64,000 bases of DNA from Candidatus Latescibacterota bacterium (GTDB lineage: Bacteria; Latescibacterota; UBA2968; GCA-2709665). Under the pieces are notes generated by a model. It ran no database searches. It was not told the DNA's origin and saw only the letters and a list, made by a program, of their open reading frames with translations. The position numbers and the translations under genes were made by a program. Within the stretch, counting starts at the first letter, position 1, and every line of letters begins with the position of its first letter. The DNA lies in assembly GCA_965208835.1 (NCBI GenBank), contig OZ242358.1, positions 2,048,001 through 2,112,000 on the forward strand. The letters are read 5' to 3'. This document shows, piece by piece, positions 36,037 to 45,506 of the stretch.

Positions 36037-36303
36037 ATGGCACAAACCGACGCGCGCGGACGTCGAAAAACCCTTGTGGGTCGGGTGCTGAGCAATCAGG
36101 CCAATAAGACAATCGTCGTGGAAGTCACCTGGCGAACGCCGCATCCCCTTTACGGCAAGGTCGTCCGTCGTCGTTCCAAATTCGCGGCGCACGACGAGAA
36201 CAACTCCGCGAATGCCGGCGACACCGTACTGATTATGGAGACCCGCCCGATCAGCAAGACAAAACGGTGGCGTCTTACAGAGATTCTGGAAAAGGCTCAA
36301 TAG
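36037..36303 (+). CDS. rpsQ: 30S ribosomal protein S17
   Basis: [25 protein letters not shown]. Confidence 0.97.
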   Translation: MAQTDARGRRKTLVGRVLSNQANKTIVVEVTWRTPHPLYGKVVRRRSKFAAHDENNSANAGDTVLIMETRPISKTKRWRLTEILEKAQ

Positions 36304-36316
36304 GGAGAATCGGCGG

Positions 36317-36685
36317 ATGGTTACTGAACAGACGGTCTTGAACTGCGCCGACAACAGCGGTGCCCGAAAAGTCATGTGTTTCAGGGTGCTCGGCGGGTCC
36401 CGGAGAAGATATGCCGGCCTGGGCGATACGATCGTGGTCTCAGTAAAGGACGCCCAACCCAACAGCGCTGTGAAAAAAGGAGAAGTCGCGCGGGCGGTCA
36501 TTGTTCGGACCAAAAAAGAGGCTCGACGTTCCGACGGTTCCTACATTCGTTTCGACGACAATGCGGCGGTTCTGATTAACGCCGAAGGAGAACCCAGGGC
36601 GACCCGCATTTTTGGCCCTGTTGCACGGGAGCTGCGCGACAGGAGGTTCATGCGGATTGTTTCTCTGGCGGCGGAAGTGGTTTGA
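36317..36685 (+). CDS. rplN: 50S ribosomal protein L14
   Basis: [27 protein letters not shown]. Confidence 0.98.
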   Translation: MVTEQTVLNCADNSGARKVMCFRVLGGSRRRYAGLGDTIVVSVKDAQPNSAVKKGEVARAVIVRTKKEARRSDGSYIRFDDNAAVLINAEGEPRATRIFGPVARELRDRRFMRIVSLAAEVV

Positions 36686-36713
36686 TTATTCCGACGACGA
36701 GGAGAGTCGATAG

Positions 36714-37040
36714 ATGAAAACTCATCTTCGAAAGGGTGACCAGGTCGAGGTCATCGGGGGCGTGGACGCGGGGAGACGCGGACGCGTATTGAGAGTATTC
36801 CCGAAAAAGGCGCGTGCGCTTGTTGAGGGCGTTAACTTCATCAAACGTCATACCAGGCCGGGGCCCAAGAACCAGCAGGGTGGTATCATCGAGAAAGAGG
36901 CGCCCGTACATATCTCCAAACTCATGCTGATCGATCCGCAGACCGACGAACCGACGAGGATACGCCGGCAGAGACTGGAGAACGGCGTACGGATACGGCT
37001 TTCGGTCAAGAGCGGCGAACAGATTACCGAAGCGAGTTGA
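36714..37040 (+). CDS. rplX: 50S ribosomal protein L24
   Basis: [22 protein letters not shown]. Confidence 0.96.
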   Translation: MKTHLRKGDQVEVIGGVDAGRRGRVLRVFPKKARALVEGVNFIKRHTRPGPKNQQGGIIEKEAPVHISKLMLIDPQTDEPTRIRRQRLENGVRIRLSVKSGEQITEAS

Positions 37041-37053
37041 TAGCGAGGGTTGT

Positions 37054-37608
37054 ATGGCTGCGCGACTTCGTGAGATATACAACAACGAGATCGTACCGGC
37101 GATGGTCTCACACTTCGCCTACAAGAATCGGATGCAGGTACCCAGGATTGAGAAGATCGTCCTGAACATGGGGATCGGTGAGGCCGTCCAGAATCCGAAG
37201 GCGATCGACAGCGCCATCGCGGATCTATCGACCATCTCGGGGCAGCGCCCGTCGATACGTCGGGCCAAGAAATCCGTCTCGAATTTCAAACTGCGCGAGG
37301 GCATGCCGGTCGGGTGCGCCGTCACGTTGCGTCGAGACAGGATGTATGAGTTTCTCGATCGTTTTTTTGCCTTTGCCATACCGCGCACGCGCGATTTCAG
37401 AGGTTTGTCCCCCAATGCCTTCGACGGCAGGGGGAATTATACCGTGGGCGTCCGGGAGCAGATCATCTTTCCGGAAATCAACTACGACGATATCGATCAG
37501 GTCAGAGGCCTTGACGTAACCATCGTCACAACGGCCGGAACCGATGAAGAGGCATTTGAATTACTCAGGCGCTTTGGCATGCCGTTCCAGACTGCCGAAG
37601 CGGCCTGA
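37054..37608 (+). CDS. rplE: 50S ribosomal protein L5
   Basis: KIVLNMG, FKLREG, RDFRG, FDGRGNY. Confidence 0.98.
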   Translation: MAARLREIYNNEIVPAMVSHFAYKNRMQVPRIEKIVLNMGIGEAVQNPKAIDSAIADLSTISGQRPSIRRAKKSVSNFKLREGMPVGCAVTLRRDRMYEFLDRFFAFAIPRTRDFRGLSPNAFDGRGNYTVGVREQIIFPEINYDDIDQVRGLDVTIVTTAGTDEEAFELLRRFGMPFQTAEAA

Positions 37609-37630
37609 TTCCACGAAAGTGAGCGTACCT

Positions 37631-37816
37631 GTGGCGAAAAAGACGTTGATCGTAAAAGCAAACAAGAAACCGAAGTTTGCCGTTCGCCGGTATAATCGTT
37701 GCCATCGCTGCGGACGCGCCCGAGGCTACATGAGGCAGTTCGGCATCTGCAGGATCTGCTTCAGAGAACTGGCGTTGCTGGGTGAGATACCCGGAGTCGC
37801 GAAGGCGAGTTGGTAG
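37631..37816 (+). CDS. rpsN: 30S ribosomal protein S14 (type Z, 61 aa)
   Basis: [13 protein letters not shown]...CRICFRE...IPGV.KASW; GTG start. Confidence 0.96.
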   Translation: MAKKTLIVKANKKPKFAVRRYNRCHRCGRARGYMRQFGICRICFRELALLGEIPGVAKASW

Positions 37817-37847
37817 GCGTCTAGACTGACAGGAGGCGGTTTGCCCT

Positions 37848-38246
37848 ATGAGTATGAGCGATCCGGTTGCCGACATGCTGACCCGTATTCGGAATGCAGC
37901 CGGTGCAGGGCACCGGAAGGTAGACATTCCGGGTTCCCGGATAAAAGCCGAAATTGCCCGGATTCTGAAATCAAAAGGGTTCATCCACAACTACGCCTGC
38001 GTGGAGGACAACCGGCAGGGTCACATCCGCCTGTATCTCAAGTACAGCTCGGACGACGAGAGCGCCATACAGGGTCTGGAGCGCATCAGTCGTCCGGGGT
38101 TGCGTCGATACGTCCGTGTCGACGAAATCCCGAGAGTGCTCAACGGCCTGGGCGTGGCCATACTTTCCACGCCGCGGGGTATACTTACGGATAGCGAGGC
38201 ACGTAGGGCCGGGGTGGGCGGCGAGGTCCTCTGCCACCTCTGGTAA
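37848..38246 (+). CDS. rpsH: 30S ribosomal protein S8
   Basis: DPVADMLTRIRNA, SRPGLRRY, GGEV. Confidence 0.98.
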   Translation: MSMSDPVADMLTRIRNAAGAGHRKVDIPGSRIKAEIARILKSKGFIHNYACVEDNRQGHIRLYLKYSSDDESAIQGLERISRPGLRRYVRVDEIPRVLNGLGVAILSTPRGILTDSEARRAGVGGEVLCHLW

Positions 38247-38262
38247 ACCGGGAGGATTCCAG

Positions 38263-38829
38263 GTGTCACGCGTTGGAAGACAGCCGATTGCCGTGCCGGA
38301 TGGTGTTCAGGTCAGCATAGAGTCGGACGGGATACAGGTGAAAGGGAGCAAGGGTGAGTTGACGGTCAGGGTCCATCCGTTGACCCTGGTCCGACAGGAA
38401 GAAGGCGCGATACGTGTAACGGTAGAGGATGTTGAAGACAGGGAGTCGAAGGCGGTGTGGGGCCTCACACGCGCGTTGTTGGCCAACGCCGTTGAAGGCG
38501 TGCGTAATGGATTCGAGAAACGGCTGGTCGTCGTAGGCGTGGGGTATCGCGCTGAAATGAAGGGAAGGAATCTGGATTTACAGGTCGGTTACAGCCATCC
38601 CGTGATCATCGAACCCCTGGAAGGTATTGAAATAAACGTCGAACAGGCCCCCGCCGAAATTGATACGGCCCAGGCTTCGATTGTTGTTCGTGGCGCGGAC
38701 AAGGAACGGGTGGGGCAGGTGGCAGCCGACATTCGAAAAGTCCGTCCTCCCGAGCCTTACAAAGGTAAGGGAATTCGGTACTTTAACGAATACGTTCGTC
38801 GCAAGGCCGGCAAGGCCGCTGTAACGTAG
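38263..38829 (+). CDS. rplF: 50S ribosomal protein L6
   Basis: SRVGRQP, GVGYRA, PEPYKGKGIRY; GTG after GGAGG. Confidence 0.97.
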   Translation: MSRVGRQPIAVPDGVQVSIESDGIQVKGSKGELTVRVHPLTLVRQEEGAIRVTVEDVEDRESKAVWGLTRALLANAVEGVRNGFEKRLVVVGVGYRAEMKGRNLDLQVGYSHPVIIEPLEGIEINVEQAPAEIDTAQASIVVRGADKERVGQVAADIRKVRPPEPYKGKGIRYFNEYVRRKAGKAAVT

Positions 38830-38845
38830 ACACGGAGCGGATTTT

Positions 38846-39214
38846 ATGGCAAACCCACAGATCCAGAAGGCCAGCCTGCGCCTGCGCCGTCGTCTGCGGA
38901 TACGAAAAAAGATCCGCGGTACCCCAGTACGGCCCCGATTGGCGGTGAGCAGGAGCCTGAACCACATTGAAGTGCAGTTGATCGACGACACAACGGGGCG
39001 ATCCCTGCTTGGACTCTCGAGCAATTCAAGGGAAATCCGCGACACGCTCTCGGGCAACAAGAGCGAAAAGGGCCGCGAAGTTGGACGCGCCCTGGCAGCA
39101 AAGGCGCTGGAAGCCGGGATCAAGACAGTTGTATTCGACCGGGGCGGTCGCCTTTATCATGGCCGGATCAAGGCATTGGCCGACGGCGCGCGAGAAGGCG
39201 GTCTGCTGTTTTAG
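38846..39214 (+). CDS. rplR: 50S ribosomal protein L18
   Basis: RPRLAV, VVFDRGG, YHGRIKALA. Confidence 0.97.
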   Translation: MANPQIQKASLRLRRRLRIRKKIRGTPVRPRLAVSRSLNHIEVQLIDDTTGRSLLGLSSNSREIRDTLSGNKSEKGREVGRALAAKALEAGIKTVVFDRGGRLYHGRIKALADGAREGGLLF

Positions 39215-39241
39215 TGGTGTCAGATTAAAGGGAGCAGCCAC

Positions 39242-39757
39242 TTGAAACGAATAGATCCTTCCGGATTGGACCTGACCGAAATCGTTATCAATAACAGCCT
39301 CAAAAGGGTATCGCACGTTCGCAAGGGCGGCCGTCGATTCGCTTTCAACGTGATGGTGGTTGTGGGAGACCGTCAGGGTCACGTCGGCGCCGGAATGGGC
39401 AAGGCAGGAGAGGTGGCGGAAGCCATCCGAAAGGCAACCGAAAACGCGAAAAAGGAACTGGTGCGCATACCGGTAATCAACGGAACAGTGCCGCATGAAA
39501 TCATCGGCGTCTTTGGCGCTTCCCGCGTCCTGTTGCGGCCTGCTGCTCCGGGAACCGGAGTGATCGCCGGCGGGGGTATTCGTGCGGTATTGGAGCTGGC
39601 TGGCGTCCAGAACGTCCTGACCAAATCACTGGGGTCCCAGAATACCCACAATACCGTGAAGGCAACGCTTCAGGGCCTGTCCAGCCTCCGGGACGCGCGG
39701 GCGTTTGCACAGCTACGGAACGTCGATGAGGCGGAATTGACCGGCGCTCGGGAGTAA
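39242..39757 (+). CDS. rpsE: 30S ribosomal protein S5
   Basis: [23 protein letters not shown]. Confidence 0.97.
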   Translation: MKRIDPSGLDLTEIVINNSLKRVSHVRKGGRRFAFNVMVVVGDRQGHVGAGMGKAGEVAEAIRKATENAKKELVRIPVINGTVPHEIIGVFGASRVLLRPAAPGTGVIAGGGIRAVLELAGVQNVLTKSLGSQNTHNTVKATLQGLSSLRDARAFAQLRNVDEAELTGARE

Positions 39758-39763
39758 CGCGGC

Positions 39764-39961
39764 ATGGCAAACGACGGCAGAAAGCTGAGAATCACCCAGG
39801 TCCGCAGTGTGATTTCAAGAAATGAAAAGCAGCGGCGTACGCTTGCCGCGCTTGGAATACACCGTATTCGTCACAGTGTGGTTCACAACGATACGGCGCA
39901 AATCCGCGGTATGGTAAACACGGTTGCACACCTTGTGGAGGTGGAACCGGCAGACGGCTGA
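39764..39961 (+). CDS. rpmD: 50S ribosomal protein L30
   Basis: ITQVRS, TLAALG, IRGMV..V.HLV. Confidence 0.95.
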   Translation: MANDGRKLRITQVRSVISRNEKQRRTLAALGIHRIRHSVVHNDTAQIRGMVNTVAHLVEVEPADG

Positions 39962-40026
39962 CTTTCCGGGGATGCATCTCTACAGGACCGGTCCGTAGGA
40001 ACCGGGTCGCTTCCTCTCAAGAGTAG

Positions 40027-40171
40027 CAGCCCGTTGAAAAAGCCCATCCGGGCTGCGGCCGGCCTTGCGGTTGAAATACTGCGTTGTGCGCCCTCGCCGA
40101 ATCGCAGGATGGGACTCGGATGCGCGCCTCGTCTTCGACCTCGCTTGCAGAGCGACTTTTTCAACGGACTT
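40027..40171 (+). mobile_element. MITE-like element family A, copy A2 (145 bp)
   Basis: Ends CAGCCCGTTGAAAAAG / CTTTTTCAACGGACTT; interior matches A1 and A3. Confidence 0.85.
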
Positions 40172-40186
40172 ATAAGGACCGCCAGA

Positions 40187-40648
40187 ATGAAACCAGGAAA
40201 GTTCAAGCCCCCCGCGGGTGCCGTCAAGAGCCGCAAGCGGCTGGGTTGCGGCGTGGGTTCGGGCTGTGGCAAAACCAGCGGAAAAGGACACAAGGGTCAG
40301 AAATCGCGTTCAGGCGCGAAGATAAGGCCGTGGTTTGAAGGCGGGCAGATGCCGTTGCAACGCAGGCTGCCCAAGGTAGGATTCAATAGTCCTAAGAAGG
40401 TGGTCTATCAGGTCGTGAATCTGGACGATATCGCCAGGCGGGGATTGTCCGGACAGGTGACTCCCGAAAACCTGAAGCAGACGGGTCTGATCCGGTCAGC
40501 TCGGCGGCCCGTGAAGATTCTGGGGCGGGGTGAGGTCTCCGATGCCATACTGGTTCAGGCGCACGCGGTTTCCCAGTCGGCCATTGGGAAGATCGAAGCG
40601 GCTGGAGGCAGTGTCAGCCTGATGGACGCCGGTTCCGGGGCGGATTAA
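40187..40648 (+). CDS. rplO: 50S ribosomal protein L15
   Basis: GSG.GKTSGKGHKGQ, FEGGQMPL.RRLPK, VKILG.G; ATG after AAGGA. Confidence 0.96.
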   Translation: MKPGKFKPPAGAVKSRKRLGCGVGSGCGKTSGKGHKGQKSRSGAKIRPWFEGGQMPLQRRLPKVGFNSPKKVVYQVVNLDDIARRGLSGQVTPENLKQTGLIRSARRPVKILGRGEVSDAILVQAHAVSQSAIGKIEAAGGSVSLMDAGSGAD

Positions 40649-40663
40649 TCTGAAGAGGAGGCG

Positions 40664-42004
40664 GTGGTGCTTCAGAGTTTCCAGAGCGCGTTTCGAATCC
40701 CCGAACTGCGCAATCGCATCCTGTTTACGTTGGGAATTCTGGTGGTCTTCCGGATTGGCACGTACGTGACCATTCCCGGCATCGACCCGAGGGCCCTGGA
40801 CGAGTATTTCAGCAGCGCCGCAACCGGCGTCCTGGGTTTCTACGACATGTTTGCCGGCGGCGCATTCGGACGCGCAACCGTCTTCGCGCTTGGCATTATG
40901 CCGTATATCAGCGCCTCGATCATACTCCAGTTGATGGGTGCGGTAATCCCGTTTCTGCAGAAACTCCAGAAGGAGGGAGAAGAGGGGCGCAAGAAGATCA
41001 CCCAATATACCCGCTACGGGACCGTTGCGCTGGCTGCCGCCCAGTCGTTTGGCGTCAGCCTGTTTATGGAAAGCCTCCGGTCACCCATCACGGGAATGCT
41101 GGTTGTGCCGGACCCGGGTCTGGGCTTTCGGCTATTGACAATTCTGACCATCACCGCAGGAACCGTATTTGTGATGTGGTTGGGGGAACAGATCGACGAC
41201 CGGGGTATCGGCAACGGGATGTCAATGTTGATCTTCATTGGAATCATCGCACGTGCGCCCGCGGCCGTGATCCAGGAATATCAGGATTTCGTGGCCAACA
41301 ACAAGCCCATTCTTCTGGAGCTGTTCGTGGTCGTCATCATCATCGCGGTAACAGCGCTGGTGGTGCTCATTACGCAGGGTACGCGGAAAATCCCGGTGCA
41401 ATACGCCAAGCGCGTTGTTGGCAGGCGCGTCTACGGGGGCCAAAGCACCCATATTCCGCTAAAGGTGAATACCTCGGGCGTAATGCCCATTATTTTCGCC
41501 CAGGCCATTATGTTTCTGCCTTCCACGCTGGCCAATTTTTTCCCAATGAACGAGTGGGTGCAGGATATGGCCTCCCGGTTTTCACCGGCCACCACATTGC
41601 ACGCGCTTCCTTACTGGATGCTCTATTCCGCAATGATCATCTTTTTCGCATATTTTTATACCGCAATTGTCTTCAATCCGGTAGACCTGGCCGACAATAT
41701 GAAGCGCCAGGGCGGGTTCATTCCAGGTATCCGGCCCGGTAGACGCACATCCGACTTTATAGACCGGATTCTGACCCGAATCACGCTTCCTGGATCGATT
41801 TTTCTCGCGGCGATCGCGGTCTTCCCGTTTTTCGTTATCAGTTGGGCCGATGTGAATCCCGGTCTGATCGACTTCTTCGGGGGCACGGGACTTCTGATTA
41901 TCGTCGGCGTAGCGCTGGACACGCTGCAGCGCGTGGAGTCACACCTGCTGATGCGGCACTACGACGGCTTCATGAAAAAGGGAAGGCTGAAGGGTCGTAG
42001 GTGA
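40664..42004 (+). CDS. secY: Preprotein translocase subunit SecY
   Basis: [36 protein letters not shown]. Confidence 0.98.
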   Translation: MVLQSFQSAFRIPELRNRILFTLGILVVFRIGTYVTIPGIDPRALDEYFSSAATGVLGFYDMFAGGAFGRATVFALGIMPYISASIILQLMGAVIPFLQKLQKEGEEGRKKITQYTRYGTVALAAAQSFGVSLFMESLRSPITGMLVVPDPGLGFRLLTILTITAGTVFVMWLGEQIDDRGIGNGMSMLIFIGIIARAPAAVIQEYQDFVANNKPILLELFVVVIIIAVTALVVLITQGTRKIPVQYAKRVVGRRVYGGQSTHIPLKVNTSGVMPIIFAQAIMFLPSTLANFFPMNEWVQDMASRFSPATTLHALPYWMLYSAMIIFFAYFYTAIVFNPVDLADNMKRQGGFIPGIRPGRRTSDFIDRILTRITLPGSIFLAAIAVFPFFVISWADVNPGLIDFFGGTGLLIIVGVALDTLQRVESHLLMRHYDGFMKKGRLKGRR

Positions 42005-42020
42005 CCGAAAGGAAAGGCCG

Positions 42021-42137
42021 ATGAGGGTCCGTGCATCCGTCAAGAAACGCTGCAATCACTGCAAGGTCATTCGCCGCAAGGGTGTGGTCCGTGTGATTTG
42101 CAAACACGATCCAAGTCACAAACAGAGACAGGGATAG
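42021..42137 (+). CDS. rpmJ: 50S ribosomal protein L36; absent from ORF track
   Basis: Manual translation [38 protein letters not shown]. Confidence 0.96.
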   Translation: MRVRASVKKRCNHCKVIRRKGVVRVICKHDPSHKQRQG

Positions 42138-42169
42138 ACCTTCGGAGACCGAACGAAGGGGGAGATATC

Positions 42170-42550
42170 ATGGCTCGTATCGCAGGTGTCGATGTTCCGC
42201 GCGAAAAGCGTGTAGAAATCGCGCTGACCTACATTTTCGGCATTGGCAGAAGCTCGGCAAACCGAATCCTTGAAAAGACGCAGATTTCGCCGGACACCCG
42301 GGTTGACGCGTTGAGTGAGGAAGACGTCACAAAGCTCCGGAGCGTGATCGAGGGGGAATACCGGGTGGAAGGCAATCTAAGGAGCGAAGTGGCCATGAAT
42401 ATCAAGCGGCTGATGGACATCGGCTGCTATCGCGGGCTCCGGTGGCGCAGGGGGCTCCCCGTGCGCGGTCAGCGGACCCGGACGAACGCCCGGACACGAA
42501 AAGGCCCCAAAAAGGGTCAGATTGCCAAAAGGAAGAAGGCGCAACACTAG
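42170..42550 (+). CDS. rpsM: 30S ribosomal protein S13
   Basis: [33 protein letters not shown]. Confidence 0.98.
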   Translation: MARIAGVDVPREKRVEIALTYIFGIGRSSANRILEKTQISPDTRVDALSEEDVTKLRSVIEGEYRVEGNLRSEVAMNIKRLMDIGCYRGLRWRRGLPVRGQRTRTNARTRKGPKKGQIAKRKKAQH

Positions 42551-42572
42551 TCATCGTTAAGGAGGCGAACTC

Positions 42573-42962
42573 TTGCCGCCGGAACAGAGAACAGGCCGAC
42601 GAAGGAATAAGCGGGTCGACGGACAGGGCGTTGCCCACATCAAGGCGACGTTCAACAATACCATTGTTACACTGACGGACAAGGACGGACACGTGATTTC
42701 GTGGTCCACAACCGGCAAGGTGGGTTTCAAGGGTTCGCGCAAGAGTACGCCCTTTGCCGCACAGTTGGCCGCGGAAGCCGCGGCAAAAGAGGCGATGTCC
42801 ATGGGGCTGCGACGTGTCGAGGTTTGGGTCAAGGGCCCTGGTGTCGGCCGTGAGGCCGCCGTGCGCGCGCTGCAGGGCGCCGGGCTGGAAATTGCGGCGA
42901 TTCGCGACGTCACACCGATTCCTCACAACGGTTGCCGGCCGCCGAAGCGGCGACGCGTCTAG
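42573..42962 (+). CDS. rpsK: 30S ribosomal protein S11
   Basis: [31 protein letters not shown]. Confidence 0.98.
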   Translation: MPPEQRTGRRRNKRVDGQGVAHIKATFNNTIVTLTDKDGHVISWSTTGKVGFKGSRKSTPFAAQLAAEAAAKEAMSMGLRRVEVWVKGPGVGREAAVRALQGAGLEIAAIRDVTPIPHNGCRPPKRRRV

Positions 42963-42989
42963 AGGCATCCGAACGGAGAGGTCTACAGC

Positions 42990-43619
42990 ATGGCAAGGTA
43001 CACAGAGTCGAGTTGCAAGTTGTGTCGACGTGAAGGGGTTAAGCTATTCCTCAAAGGCGAACGCTGCTATCTGGACAAGTGCTCTTTTGAAAAGCGCAGC
43101 TATGCGCCCGGCATGCACGGACAGCGGCAGGGACGCAAGCCTTCGGAATACGCCCTTCAGCTCAGGGAGAAACAAAAGGCCAAACGCCAGTACGGTGTGT
43201 TGGAGAATCAGTTCCGAGGCTACTATCACCAGGCCGCCCGCCGTAAGGGTGTCACCGGTGAACTCCTGTTGCAGACGCTTGAGAGCCGCCTGGATAACGT
43301 TACCCACCGGATGGGCTTCGCACCTTCTCACAAGGCGGCGCGCCAGTTGGTACGCCACCGGCACATTATGGTGAACGGGCGAGTTGTGGACGTCCCGTCC
43401 TTTCAGGTCACGCCCGGCGATACCATTCAGGTGCGGGAAAAGAGCCGCCAGCTGGCGCTGATTCACGACTCCATCAAGCGGGTCGGAGAGGGGAGACAGG
43501 CTGCGTGGCTGTCCCTGGACAAAGTCAATCTCACCGGCACCGTCCTCGATTATCCCGACAGGGAGGGCATTCCGACTCCCGTCGAGGAGCAACTCATCGT
43601 GGAGTTGTACTCGAAATAG
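42990..43619 (+). CDS. rpsD: 30S ribosomal protein S4
   Basis: CKLCRREG, QLREKQK, LESRLDN, LIVELYSK. Confidence 0.98.
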   Translation: MARYTESSCKLCRREGVKLFLKGERCYLDKCSFEKRSYAPGMHGQRQGRKPSEYALQLREKQKAKRQYGVLENQFRGYYHQAARRKGVTGELLLQTLESRLDNVTHRMGFAPSHKAARQLVRHRHIMVNGRVVDVPSFQVTPGDTIQVREKSRQLALIHDSIKRVGEGRQAAWLSLDKVNLTGTVLDYPDREGIPTPVEEQLIVELYSK

Positions 43620-43707
43620 TCGCCGCAGCCTGACGTTGAATGGCCACGTTTTTGAGCAGGAACGGACTGCCATATTGTTTTTCAGTGGATCCAAGGAGAA
43701 TTCTTGT

Positions 43708-44724
43708 ATGAAGCCTAAGAACTTCCAGATGCCCAGATCCGTGCAGATCGATGAGGATAGCCTCACCAATTCTTACGGTTTGTTCACAGTGCAACCTCTG
43801 GAACGTGGATTTGGTACCACTATCGGCAATGCGTTGCGCCGCGTATTGCTCTCATCAATTGAAGGTGCGGCCGTCAAGGCCATCCGGGTAGAAGGCGTGC
43901 AGCACGAGTTCTCCGTTGTACAGGGCGTCGTCGAAGACATGACTGAAATCGTCCTTAATCTCAAAGAGGTAAACCTGCGAATTCATTCGGACGAAGACAA
44001 AGTGCTTCGCATCGACAAGATAGGGCCGGACACGTTGACGGCGAAAGAACTGGAGGTGGACGCCGACGTCGAGGTGATGAATCCCGATCAGCACATCGCA
44101 TCCCTGGATCAGGACAGCCACCTCGAAATGGAGATCATCGTGGGCAAAGGGAGGGGTTATGTGCTGGCCGAAGAGAATAAAGTCACCGATCCCGCCACCG
44201 ATACAATTATGCTCGACTCGGCATTTTCTCCCATCAGAAAGGTGCATTACGAGGTGGACAATGCCCGTGTAGGACAGCAGACAGACTACGATAAGCTCAC
44301 GCTGACTGTCTGGACCAACGGAGCGGTCAGGCCGGATGACGCCGTGTCTCACGCGGCAAAGATATTGAAGGACCATCTGGAGCTCTTTATACACTTCGAG
44401 GAAGAGCCGGAGGAGGAGTACGAGGAAGTTATCGACGAAGACACGCAACGCGTGGCCTCGCTTCTGCAGATGCCGGTGGAAGAACTGGAACTGTCGGTGC
44501 GTTCCGCCAACTGTTTGAAGGCAGCCAATATTCTGACCCTGGAAGATCTTGTCCAGAAGACCGAGACGGAAATGCTGAAGTTCCGGAATTTCGGTCGCAA
44601 GTCGCTGAACGAGTTGACTGCCATCCTGGAAGGACTGGGTCTTCAGTTTGGCATGGATATAGAGAGATACAGCGGGATTGCCCCCAGGGCCGAGGAAGTC
44701 GCGGTGCTGGAAGATGAATTCTAA
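43708..44724 (+). CDS. rpoA: RNA polymerase alpha subunit
   Basis: [38 protein letters not shown]; ATG after AAGGAG. Confidence 0.98.
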   Translation: MKPKNFQMPRSVQIDEDSLTNSYGLFTVQPLERGFGTTIGNALRRVLLSSIEGAAVKAIRVEGVQHEFSVVQGVVEDMTEIVLNLKEVNLRIHSDEDKVLRIDKIGPDTLTAKELEVDADVEVMNPDQHIASLDQDSHLEMEIIVGKGRGYVLAEENKVTDPATDTIMLDSAFSPIRKVHYEVDNARVGQQTDYDKLTLTVWTNGAVRPDDAVSHAAKILKDHLELFIHFEEEPEEEYEEVIDEDTQRVASLLQMPVEELELSVRSANCLKAANILTLEDLVQKTETEMLKFRNFGRKSLNELTAILEGLGLQFGMDIERYSGIAPRAEEVAVLEDEF

Positions 44725-44936
44725 GAAGCTGTTTTAAAATTCCCAGCGGTCTTCGCGTGGCTGCAAAAGCGCCGGTCGGCGCTGGTCAAACCCACCCAAG
44801 AGTGGCGAGGGGCGCGCAGCCACGATACATTGGATTTGGGCGGATTTTCCCGTCGGCGCTGCGCGACCCTCGCGCCTCATAACCGCCACTTTTTCGCTCG
44901 CGCTCGGGAACTCACCGGTAATTTTAAAACAGCTTC
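44725..44936 (-). mobile_element. MITE-like element family B, copy B2 (212 bp)
   Basis: Perfect 17-bp TIR GAAGCTGTTTTAAAATT / AATTTTAAAACAGCTTC; flanks TAA (rpoA stop) and CAA. Confidence 0.9.
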
Positions 44937-44954
44937 CAAACGGAAAGACGGGCT

Positions 44955-45506
44955 ATGAGACACGGAAAGAGGGGGCGCAAACTCGGGCGTACGGCCAGCC
45001 ACAAGAGGGCAATGTTGAACAACATGGCCGCGTCTCTGTTCACGTACGGATCTATACGCACGACCCACGCAAAGGCCAAGGAGTTGCGCGGCGTGGCGGA
45101 GCGCCTGATTACGTTCGCAAAAAGGGGCGATTTACACGCCAGGCGGCAGGTTCTGCGACGGATACGAAACCAGCGTGTGGTTGCCAAACTCTTCGACGAG
45201 ATAGCAACTTCGTTTTCGGAACGCAATGGAGGCTATCTCCGGCTGCTCAAACTCGGACCCCGCCGCGGCGATCGCGTCGAAATGTGTCTGGTGGAGATGG
45301 TCGGGGAGGAATTCAGGGCGGATTTTTCCGGACGTGGGGAATCGGATGGCGATTCCGGGGCCCGCGATGAAAGCGTGAAATCCGCGGGAGCATCCGCCGG
45401 GGACGTCGCGGACGCGCCGGGTGAACCGTCTTCGGCTCCATCCGGCGAGGCGGAACCCGAGGAAGCCGGCGGATCGAGTGAGGACCAAGAGCGTACGAAA
45501 AAATGA
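44955..45506 (+). CDS. rplQ: 50S ribosomal protein L17 with acidic low-complexity C-terminal tail
   Basis: MRHGK..RKLGR, TT.AKAKE, RNGGY.R, RRGD. Confidence 0.96.
   Translation: MRHGKRGRKLGRTASHKRAMLNNMAASLFTYGSIRTTHAKAKELRGVAERLITFAKRGDLHARRQVLRRIRNQRVVAKLFDEIATSFSERNGGYLRLLKLGPRRGDRVEMCLVEMVGEEFRADFSGRGESDGDSGARDESVKSAGASAGDVADAPGEPSSAPSGEAEPEEAGGSSEDQERTKK

Noticed and set aside
40034-40186. 51-aa N-terminal extension of L15 in the ORF track
   Set aside because: It is read through element A2; L15 homology and an RBS start at ATG 40187
45310-45506. Acidic low-complexity tail on L17
   Set aside because: C-terminal extensions of L17 are common in several phyla
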